A stretch of DNA of 63,314 bases, the filler included, from Rhabdomonas costata (lineage: Eukaryota), in NCBI GenBank assembly GCA_019059605.1. It is 19 parts of 19 records of this genome, joined end to end, with 100 filler letters (N's around TTAATTAATTAA, not from the genome) between each part and the next. Parts side by side here need not be neighbours in the genome. Positions count along the whole stretch, not along the records: positions 13,352 to 16,620 come from JAHMHO010001133.1; positions 16,721 to 19,955 come from JAHMHO010001134.1; positions 20,056 to 23,289 come from JAHMHO010001135.1; positions 23,390 to 26,654 come from JAHMHO010001136.1; 15 more parts are not named here. One strand, given 5' to 3'. Of the stretch, positions 13,352 to 23,665 are shown one piece after another; the first letter of the stretch is position 1, and each line of letters opens with the position of its first letter. Both the position numbers and the translations under genes were made by a program. The notes beneath the pieces were generated by a model. That model was not told where the DNA came from. It made no database searches and saw only the letters and a list, made by a program, of their open reading frames with translations.

Positions 13352-15667
13352 TGTGGTTGGGAAAGTGCAGGACTGTGAGGGCCGTGTAGTGAGGCAGTCC
13401 CGCCACTGGGCAGGTCCCAAAATGAGGGTCGGCCATTCGCAACGCACACAGCTGCGGCATCACCCGGCCAAGAGCGGCAAGCTCACTGAAATCCCAAGAG
13501 AAGAGCGGATGGAGGGTTACAGCTAACCTATTTTTGACTCTGTTCGTCGGCGGAGCAAAAAAATGCAGTCCAACAAACGGGGGGTTCAATCTGGTTGGTG
13601 ACCCCACGCACACAAAAACAATATCCAGGCCGCTCGATAACACTGTGCCTGGCGGACCTAAAACAGTTCAATCCCTTTTGGAAATCGTTCATCGCCCTTC
13701 TGGGGCAATGTCACCGTGTGCTCCGCGTCCCAAGAAAACCAGGGGACGTGCGTCGCCCTCTTACAACCTGAATTATTTGGACGGAAAAACAGGGAAAAGT
13801 GGACGGAAAGAATAGAAGATGCGTTTGTTTCCTTGCAGCCCGAAGCAGACATTCCTTCCTTTAATACCAACTGACAGAAAGGCGCGTTTTCCTGCTCTTC
13901 AAATTCAAGACGTTTGCAGGTTAACTTTTCTCGACGGTGTAAAAATTCGTCACGGATATAACAGGGCACCACATCATCACTTTCCTCTTACACTTTGGCA
14001 CCCCGTCCTCGCCCCATGAAACGTTTCATTTCTTCCCTGCTCCCATTGTTTCCATTTCTTTGCACTTCCTCCTCTCGTTCATCTTTAATCAACCCAGATT
14101 TCCGTTGTCTACCTCGGCGAGTCGACTTCGTTCCCAGCCAGGTTCAGGTCTTGGAGCGCCGTGCACTCGCGCAGAGATGACGCCAGCCCACCAGTTAATA
14201 TATTGCGGCCGGCCCAAAGCACACGCAGGGGGGCCAGCGTGGGCAACCCCCTGAGCGACGTCAGGCGATTCTCCGAGACCCACAGCACTTCCTTGCGTAC
14301 GGAAAAAAAAACAAAAGTTGGCGTCTTCCACTTTTTATCATCATGACAACAGCATGGCAGTCTTTTTTGGTTCTGCGTGCTATTTGCTTCGTTAAACAAC
14401 CGTTGAACAACAATACCAAATAACCGAACATGCTGGCCGAAATAGTGACTTCCTACGTCCTCTGTGATATCCTGGCTGTCTTGGTTGGTTCTGAACGTTT
14501 CTGACACCTTTATTATGAAAGGGGCAGTAGCGATGTTGGCATTTGTATTCAAAAGAGGAAGGCGAACCCCATCACCAGCTAATTTTGATAGCAAAAGCTC
14601 AGCTCGCAATTCAAAGAAAAAGAAGAAAAAGAATAGAGCGCAAGGAGCAGTGTGTGGTGAAAACCAATTAAGCAAGTACCAACCGGATAAATGTCGTCGA
14701 CAGTAGACTATAGGAGAGGCGGATGAATGGGTAATGGGTTTCAGCACTTCCCTGAGCACCAGTGTGTGCCGTTTTCGCGCTCAAACCAGAACTCTTTCCT
14801 GTTTTTTATATTGTTTGTTTTCTGCCTATCCCAATCGTCGCAAAACTCCTGTGCCACAGTACCGTGATTCTGTAAATTAAGTATTGATCGAAATTTTGTA
14901 CTTTTGCTGAGAACAGGCCACCAAGAGAGGTATTTCGGAGGGAACACAGGGGGGCTGGTGGAAGCGGGTTACCCTAAAGATGTAATCAAGGAAGACAATT
15001 ACATTAGCGGATTTTGATAAGAAAAATACTGCAACATCAAAAATAAAGTACGGATGACCGGAGCAGAGTGACTTCGCCCCCCCCCCCCTGCTGCTTCACG
15101 TCCTTGTGCCTGTCTCGCGTCTCCCGTCCTGGCTAAGTTTTGCCTTTTGCTCGTCTCCCTGGGATGAGTAATTTTCGGTGTTTGGGAATCCAAGAGTTTG
15201 CCCCTGTCGATTGACTGTAGACCAACTTTGTCTAGGTCGAGCTATCTTCCGAGATGTCCTGTTTTCATTTGACTTTTGTAAAATCGGTCTGCTTGGTGCC
15301 GACCCTGTGACTGCGAGAATTTCGTGCCGCTGTGACTTTGCTCAGTTTCAAAAGATCTTTTGTTCGTGTGCAAACAAAACCAATCAACAAAACGAACGAA
15401 ATTGAGGAAACGTCGAAACGCACATCTAATAATGATTCGGAAACATAAAAAGCAGAAGACAACTGAGCATCAAATCACCCGCTTTTCAATTCGCGTGATG
15501 ATTTTGCGCCAACTCATGATGCCCCGAGGAAAATGCCCAAAAGTGAACCCCCAAGTTTCCATGGAAAATTTTTTCGATCAAACTGAATTCCGATCTGCGA
15601 TGCCTGATCGAATTAAAATAAAGTACCAAACGAATTCTAGTACTTAGTTTGGGGGCTCTGCAAGAGC

Positions 15668-15709
<42 letters not shown>

Positions 15710-16620
15710 TAGAGAACTGGACGCTCTTTTCTCTTTGATCAGCGCTTCGCACGTTTGGAGAAGTTTGCGGGATGTTTGCTTTCAAGTAATTCCCACGACT
15801 GGAGCAATAACATGCACACCAAAAGCCGTAGCCGCTCCAGCCCTTCCAGCGATACGATCTCGTTCCCGTCCAAAAAGAGCTCCTGCAGGGAGGTACAGCC
15901 TTGCAGCCCACGGACGTCACGAATCTCGTTCTCCGTGAGCCAGAGCTTTCTAAGGCATCTCAGCAGCTCCATACCCTTTGCCCACAAGAAAAATACTGCA
16001 ATTTCAGCACTGAGGCTTGAAAAACAACAGCAGTCAGTCGCAAAAAAAAAAAACCAAGACATGATCACAACAGTCGCGTATGTTACCCAGATAGTACTTG
16101 CAAGCGTTTTTTTAGCTTTGTGGGCTTGAGGAGAAAGAGGGACTGGATGGGGAAAATGCCTCCATTCAGGAGTCAGTTCCAGTTCAAGAGCGCCCAAAGA
16201 CAATCACGCACAAGAAAAAAGGTTGCACGCAAGTCGCAGCCGGTGTGTAATACCATATCGTCACTTACGAACCCGAGCGGCTTTCGGTCGAACCCTTTAC
16301 CTGCGCCAAGTTGCGAACCCTCAAGGTCCTATTGAAGGGCATTTCGACTTGAAATTTCAAAGACCCGAGGGTTGAATACTGGACCTTTTCAGGTGTGAAT
16401 GTACTTGTAATTCAGTTCTTCATACCAAGCTGACACCGGAGTTGGCTTCCAGTCTGCTTCGCCTTTTCTTGTTTTGTTTTGCTTGAGAAACAAAAATTGA
16501 TTGCGCAGTACAAATACCGATATCTCCGCCAACTCGCACTGCGTGAGCTGCAGTGAGGTGAGCCCCGGAAACCATTGCAGCGGCGCGGTTCCCGCCGCCC
16601 CGATGGGAGTCACAACAAAC
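13352..16620 (-). CDS. LRRC9: Leucine-rich repeat protein, LRRC9-like N-terminal region (partial)
   Basis: Four exons give SDS22-type LRRs: FPGLTSLQLTQCELAEIS|GMELLRCLRKLWLTENEIRDVRGLQGCTSLQELFLDGNEI...|EVLWVSENRL...LQDLNLAGNEVDSPS|ELAALGRVMPQLCALRMADPHFGTCPVAGLPHY. The DPHFG..PV.L..Y cap matches LRRC9 as I recall it. Confidence 0.75.
15670..15705 (+). repeat. (GA)n microsatellite
   Basis: About 18 perfect GA units in an intron. Confidence 0.95.
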
Positions 16621-16721
16621 NNNNNNNNNNNNNNNNNNNNNNNNNNNNNNNNNNNNNNNNNNNNTTAATTAATTAANNNNNNNNNNNNNNNNNNNNNNNN
16701 NNNNNNNNNNNNNNNNNNNNG

Positions 16722-16871
16722 CTGGGGGAAAACAACACCGCCACTCCGCCAGCTGTAGATCTGCAGGCCCTGAGGATGGGGGAGCTGCCCCGGCTGGTCG
16801 GACACTATAACCGCCTGCTGCAGCTAGAAAGGGATGTTCTGAGGCTGTGCAAGGGCCACCGCACTTCTTGA
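16722..16871 (+). CDS. 3' end of the low-complexity ORF that starts at the other end of the same contig
   Basis: Reads LGENNTATPPAVDLQALRMGELPRLVGHYNRLLQLERDVLRLCKGHRTS* and continues in frame from the contig-end ORF ...GSGLGENNT through a 24-nt terminal overlap. Confidence 0.65.
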   Translation: MGENNTATPPAVDLQALRMGELPRLVGHYNRLLQLERDVLRLCKGHRTS

Positions 16872-19179
16872 GGGAATGTGGTTGTATCCGTAGTTGGTTT
16901 GCGGAGTGGGGAGCATGAGGTGGTATCGAGCGGGGGGGCCCGTGAGGTGTGGGTTGGGAACCCCATTTTTGGGAATCTCCGTCGGCTGTGTGAATAGTAC
17001 GTTGACACTTTTCTTTCCGGAGGATAACGCGGGAGTGGAAGTGGGTGGCACGGGTTCAGTTCAGAGTTGGGCACAAGCCACTGCGCTGCGCCTGGTTTAT
17101 CTTGGATAGGTTTGCCCTCACCATTTTGCGGTGGTCTTAAAATGGTGGCCCATAAAACAGTGCTGGGGCACCCGCCTGAAATTACCCCCGCGCGACGCGC
17201 AAACGTGACAAAGCACTCCCTTTGCCGTCGCGCCCGACCGCGGCAGCGTCAACGTACGCCACCGTGCCGGACAGCGCACGAAAGAGGGCAGGCAGAATTT
17301 GATCCAAAAGCAAACTCTCAAATCAACTCTCAAATCTCATGGCCAATCTTCCGCCCACGGTCAAAAAGGACCTTTTCCCCGAGGGCTCCCTAACCAAGTA
17401 TCGGGCTTGTCCTGTGCTGATTCCGGGGGCGCTTTAGTTGAAATCCTGCCCTTTCCAAATCCCAAAAACAAAAGCTTTAGAAGGAACAAAAAACACATTC
17501 GGATGAGTGAAAAGACGGGAAATCGAGAAAAGGGAGAAGAGAGCGCAAAAATTTGGAAAAGGAAGCCGAATGTGCAAGAAAAACTGGGAAATGTTGGCGA
17601 AAATTCGCTGGCCTAAGTTTTCGGGTCAAATCCGGTGGTTTTGCGGGAATGGGGTTAAGGTTCGGGTTTTTTGCAAAAGGGGGTTTTCAATTAGATTCCT
17701 GTAGTTTTGGCCTACTGCGGATGCAAAATTCAGAACAACTTGGTAGGTCAAATGAACAAGAAAAAAGGTCCCCAGGGGAAAGCGGTACCAAAGGAAACAA
17801 AAGCAGAACAAAAACACAAAAAAGACAAGGGGTGTTGTGCAGGGAATTGACCAAAAAGGTCCCGTCGACAAAAGATTGGAGGAAATGTAGATGAAAGTCT
17901 GTGCGACATGGGCATAAAGGGGGAAAATGTTTTTGAAATAAGGGAAACCGTCCCCGCAAGTCGCCCGTATTTCCGGGGTCCGCGTGACGAATACGTTCTT
18001 TGACCCACCGTCCCGGGACAACAACGGACGACGGACTCAAACAAAAAAACGCCAAGCGTTGAGCAGGCAATCTTTCGGCCATTTATTTTGAGTACCGGCA
18101 CAAATTCAAATATGTAGTGTCCTATATCGGAGCTCCTTGGAAAAGAAAAAACCCCTAAATATCCAAAATCTTAGGGCTATTTGTCATACAAAACTAATAA
18201 ACTCCAAAAATGCTTTCTTTGATGAACTTTCTACGCCTTTGGGTCAGACTACGGAAATAAGGGCTTGGACTTATACATTTCCGGTTGGTCATGCCGGTTT
18301 TTTGCCGTATAATTGGAAATTACGGATTGTCATCAGCAGCCTTAGTCTGTTAAACGTAAATGCGAACCGCAGCGGCTTTAGCCCAACCAGGATGGCTTCG
18401 GTCCTGCGTTATAAGTTCCAGCGACCGTTTTCCACTTTGTTGGCATTGAAGCAAACTCATCTCAATCCATGGGCCTGGCACCTAAAGGAAGCCATCGAGA
18501 GGAAAACCATTCTTTGTTTTATTCGCGACGTGGATGAATACCAAAGGTAAGTGAGGCGTTTAGCAAAACCCATTCATCAAAACCCATTCACCAAAAACGC
18601 AGGGACTAGTCAAGCGGTTAAAATGACTCTGCTGCGCCGCCTTTGTCTCAACTTCCTCGGGATTACATGTAACAGTTATTGTAACATAACAGTGATTGTG
18701 CCATAACAATCGTCACAATCACTCCCTAACGGTCGTTCATGTTCCTCATGTTCTCATCTTGACGTCACACTCGCTCCTTGCTACGCAATGTCGCTCCTGT
18801 TCTTTCGATCACGTAATCATGGTTCCCTCCACCACCATAAGGTGGTTGCGGTCACTGGGTCACACTCGTCACACTCACTGCGTTCGTGTTCCTCCTGTTC
18901 CTGTTCAACCATACCGGCTCACAATCGTCACACTCGCGTTGCTCCTGTTCCTCAGGTTCCCTCACACAATCATCTGACACGTGGTAGCGGGGTGTGTGAC
19001 CAGTAAAGTGCGCTTCCCCCACCGGGAATCCCGCCGGATCACACCCCAGCACCTGAGCACCTAGGAAACCTAGGAACACAGGAACACAAAACTGTCCCTT
19101 AGTTTATCTTTCACAACGGTGAACGTTTTAGACGTACTTCAGAGCTGCCGTAAAAACATTCTCTGTTCTGGATGTGCAG

Positions 19180-19955
19180 GTTGTCGCGGTGCGGGAAGCC
19201 GCCGCAGCGGAGTCCAGCGCGGGCCTCCCCAGTGCCATGGAGGACGACGCTCGCTCCACAACCTCCTCCCTGAACACAAACACGGGCAGTGTGATATCCA
19301 TCAGCCCCGGGATGGACGCGGCCCTACCACTTCTGGGCTCTCACGAGAGAAGAGGCAGTGAAGCAGCTGACGCCCAGATCCTGCCCGCAGGCCGTACTAG
19401 CCCTGAGGGGCTGGGCGGGGAGTCCTGGATTCTCTCCTCCCCAGTGGAGGTCTCAGGGGGCACAGCCCACACCCTGGGCAACCACACCGGGGGGACGGAG
19501 TGGAGCCCGTGTCCAGAGGAGAAGGCTTGCAGCCTCAACGAGGGGGACGGCAGTGGCAGTGAGCCGCTGCAGCACTTGCACGTCCCTCGGAAGCTTTCGC
19601 TGTCCCCGAGTGCGAGTGCGTACGCCGATGTCTTTCCGTTGGACGGCGGGACGCCGTCTGCGTCACTTTCCGAGGAGAGGCAGCCTCTTCTTGGAGAGGA
19701 AGAGGGCTCACGACGGAGTCCTGAGCGGAAAAGTGAGAAGCCGGCTGGTGTTCGGCGGCCTATTCTGCAACCTGTCGAGCCCTCTGCCGTCTCTGTCTCA
19801 TCGGTGGAAGCTGTTGACGCCCCACCGCTGGTCGAGAAGCATCCTGTGCCGGAAAGGCCACCCCCTTTGGGGTTGGCTGCTGAGCTTCAGGGGCTACTGG
19901 AGGCATACCACAGGGATTGCTATGGGTCGGGGCTGGGGGAAAACAACACCCCCAC
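19180..19955 (+). CDS. Ser/Pro/Glu-rich hypothetical protein (large single exon)
   Basis: Open GC-rich frame after the acceptor tgtgcag|19180, with an in-frame ATG at 19237 (MEDDARST...). It runs off the contig end and rejoins at 16722. Confidence 0.7.
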
Positions 19956-20228
19956 NNNNNNNNNNNNNNNNNNNNNNNNNNNNNNNNNNNNNNNNNNNNT
20001 TAATTAATTAANNNNNNNNNNNNNNNNNNNNNNNNNNNNNNNNNNNNNNNNNNNNGGGGGTGGTTGATCCTCGAGTGCTTGGCGTTTTAGGAGTCGTTGG
20101 TTTTGGATCATGATGGGTGATGCTGTTCCGGCGCTTTGCTTCTCCTTCGAATATGCAGACGAAGACATCTTGTAAGGGACCCAAATCTTTGAGTTAGGGA
20201 GGTTTGGTGATTTCATGGCTGTCAATAG

Positions 20229-23200
20229 GTGAGAGTTGTGGAGCTAGTTCCTGGTCCTGAAGCAGTGGCTTTGGTGGTGAGCTCCACCTCGTGGACCCCA
20301 GACGAGGACTTCGGAGTTCTTCTGGATGCCTTCCAGATCTATGACAGGCACGCAATCTCAACTTTGACCTCAACCTGGGGGGTAATTTTTCGAAAGTTTC
20401 CTTTGTTTTAGCTCCAGTGTCTACACCTTTCTGGGTAATTGTGAGCCACCTCCCTCCCTCCCGTAATGAAGAACGACGAAAAACTTTGCAGCCACTCGAG
20501 GATCCAGCTTCCATTGCTTCATAAATGCCTTACAGCTGGAACAGCATACTGGTCAAACGTGAACGATTCTTCAACTTTTGCCTTCTATATTTTTTCGAGG
20601 GGAGTGGGGCGGGTTTTCTGGGGGTCTTTGGGTAGGGAGACGGTTGTGCGGCCCACGGAACTGCCCCGGCTGTGGGCGGTGATAACAGGGGATGGCCCCT
20701 TGCGGCGTTTTTATGAGGAGCAGATCGCTGGCCTGGGCCTGCGCCGCACCTTCATCCGCACAGCATTCCTCAGAGACCTCCAGGACTATGCCATCCTGCT
20801 GGGTGCGCCACAGCACACATTGGAAACCAGGGGCACAGGGGTTCTTGAAGCGTTTGGGGTGCAGCATCGAAAACAAACAATTTAAATCAGTGGTGGCTCA
20901 CCGACGTGCAGGAGGGCGGACGGTGTGCCAGGCGGACGGTGTGCCAGCCTGCAGTTCTTTCTCTCAAAACCCAAGCCCAAGGTGTTGGAAGGTGAGGGAG
21001 ATGATGGAAGCGCAAAGATGGGTCCTTTCAAGCCCATGTAAAAACGGCCCCAAAACACAAAAAAATGCTTAAAATGGCCTTTAGCTTGGTTCTACACAAG
21101 CATTCCGGCCCACTCCGGTGCACCCAGGCTCTTGATAATTTTCGAAGTCGAAAATGCCCCCAAAAGGGCCAAAATGGGACCTTGAAGGGCCACTTAAGCC
21201 CAAAATCCATCCTATTCGCTGGGTGAAACCATGGTCACTCCCGAACCGGACACCTAACATTGAGACCAAAACCCGAGCTAGAGTGACGGGTTGGGGAGTA
21301 CTCCTGAGATGAGTTGGTTGGCGATCAGCCGCTTCCCGACCTCGGACTCCTTCTCTAAGCCAAGATATGGCCCCCTTTTCGGATGAGGCCCGACGAATGG
21401 TGAGTTCCGGAGGCCGGCTGAAGAGTCTACATAGGTAGAACCCCCAGAACAGCAATGAGAGGCAGAGCTGTAAAGAACTGTATAGAGCTGTAACTGTACA
21501 AGGAGGAATGCGACATGAATGACAGGAATGAGACAGATCAAAGAGGAATAAGCAGAAAAAATAAAGACTGAAAACAGGAACGAGAAGGTGAGGGCGACAA
21601 ACAATGACATGGTTTTTGGTTTGGGTGCCTGGGACAGTGTATGACATGGTTGGAGAATTGTTCAAAACGTCTGTGGGGGGTGGGGGTGGAACGGACTTAG
21701 ACTGGTCTGTGCTATTGTGAGCCTTTTTATGATGGGCGAATGTGTGACTGTGGAGGACGAAGCGCAGCTGAAGCAAACGTGCCAAGACGAGTAAGGTTGC
21801 GTCGGGCAGGTTTTGGGAGGTTCTGTCGAACACGGAAGTGCGAGGAGTACGCTTCAGCTTTCTCGTGCTTCGCGGACCAGTGTTAATCTTCCCACAGTGC
21901 ATCTCGGGCTAGGCTCATCGTCGCCTCATCCGAAACAGTTTTATGGCTGTGTTGGAGGATAAACGTTCAATTCTCAGCAGCCGCAGCAGTTTTAGCACCT
22001 GGTTTTTGCCGTTGGCTGGTCTCTTGTCTCAGCTTCCGCGCATCTTGGGCTGTCTCTGCACACCTCCTCAAGTGGGATCGACCTGCCAATGAAGGTTCTT
22101 GTTCTCCTCGCCCTCCGGCAAACCTGCTCACCCACACCAAAATCACCCACCGTAGATTGGTATCTGCAGAGAGAAAGAGTTTTATGGCGGTATGCTAATT
22201 AATTCCCGTCCTGTAAGCGTGGGGTCCGGGGTGCTGGCGGGGGCATCGTTGAGCCGGCACCCCGCAGCAGCTGACAGTGCTATGGGACCCCGTGCGAGCA
22301 CCCAGGCTGTCTTAACACCTTTGCTTTTCTTCCTCCCGTTTTCCCCCTTCTCCGCCGTATTTTTCTTTCGCATACAAACACTTACAAACACATAAAAACT
22401 AATAACTTCATTGTCCCACTCACCCAAACGAAAACCTCATGCACAAACACACTAAGAGGTAAAGGGAGGGATGACCCGAAAAGGTCCTTTTAACGACCAA
22501 AAAGAAAATGGAAAGGAGTGGGACGGGAAGTCGGATTGGCGGCAAGTGGGTGAAAATTTGGTGAACAAATAGGATGGGCCTCCCGTTGTGTGCTGTGGCA
22601 TCGCAGGTGGTGGACATGTTTGGGTGCCGGCTTCCTGTGGTTGCACTGGATTTCCCGGCGCTGCCGGAGCTGCTTCATCACGGGGTCACCGGGGTGGCCG
22701 TGACTAAGGGCCCGCGGTGCGCTGAGGAGCTCGCCCAGCAGCTGGTCGGACTGCTGTCGAAGGTTTATGTTTGGTGGAGAGGGCTTCGCTGTCCCGAAAT
22801 CCCCCCCTCGGTTTCTGTTCACATAAAGACGCTGCAGCAAAGCTCACCTTTTCATTCAAACTCTCTCCCGCCTGGGATCGTTTTTTTCTCCCGCACTTCA
22901 CGTGTCTCGCTGAAAAGTGCCCCCGAAAAGCCGTAAAGTGGACTTTCGAGCAGCATAGTGCAGCATAGGCGCCCGCTCCGTAGCGTCAGTCCCAGAATAG
23001 GAAGGGGTCATGAGTCAATTCAGGGGTCCCTAGAACGGAGTCGTGGGGGTTTCCGTCCACTTTCCGTTCCCATGGTCGGAAACTGGCGGAAAGAGTCGCA
23101 CTCCCGCCCCCGATGCCCATTCAGCTAAGCGGATCATGAATTTTGTATTAAAGCTACCCCGGCATAGCTGGTAGAGTTGGTGGACTCCGCGCAGGCTGTG

Positions 23201-23289
23201 CCAGCGCCGATTTCATTTTTCTCTGCTTGTATGATCTTCAGCCAAGCAGGCTGCGCGAGATGAAGGCGCGGATACGCATACCCACCACA
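20229..23289 (+). CDS. ALG1: Chitobiosyldiphosphodolichol beta-mannosyltransferase (GT33), 3' part
   Basis: Exons ~20229-20347, 20636-20802, 22033-22094, 22607-22762 and 23242 onward give the ALG1 signatures VVSSTSWTPDEDFGVLLDA, ITGDGPLRRFY, LHTSSSGIDLPMK|VVDMFGCRLPV and ELL.HG..G. Confidence 0.95.
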
Positions 23290-23577
23290 NNNNNNNNNNN
23301 NNNNNNNNNNNNNNNNNNNNNNNNNNNNNNNNNTTAATTAATTAANNNNNNNNNNNNNNNNNNNNNNNNNNNNNNNNNNNNNNNNNNNNAGGAATAAAAT
23401 TGTGAATTTAGGTCATTCGGTCACTGATTTAATTTAGTTTTTTCTTATCGCCGTTTTTGTACTTAATTCTTGGTATCTTTGGGTTTTAGCCGCTGCATTG
23501 CTCTGCTCCTGTCAATGTTATCAGCAGCGAAAAGTACGATATTTTCACACATCACCCAGGTTACCGAGAGAGCACAT

Positions 23578-23580
<3 letters not shown>

Positions 23581-23608
<28 letters not shown>
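23581..23608 (+). repeat. (CA)n microsatellite
   Basis: About 14 CA units, with a second shorter run near 23640-23655. Confidence 0.9.
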
Positions 23609-23613
<5 letters not shown>

Positions 23614-23665
23614 CTGAGCAGATCCCGGCCCAGTGCCTCAACACACACACACACACGCACATCAG

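Noticed and set aside
20915..20946. 16-nt perfect tandem duplication (ggcggacggtgtgcca x2) as a possible target-site duplication
   Set aside because: The copies are adjacent with no element between them, consistent with ordinary slippage in an ALG1 intron.
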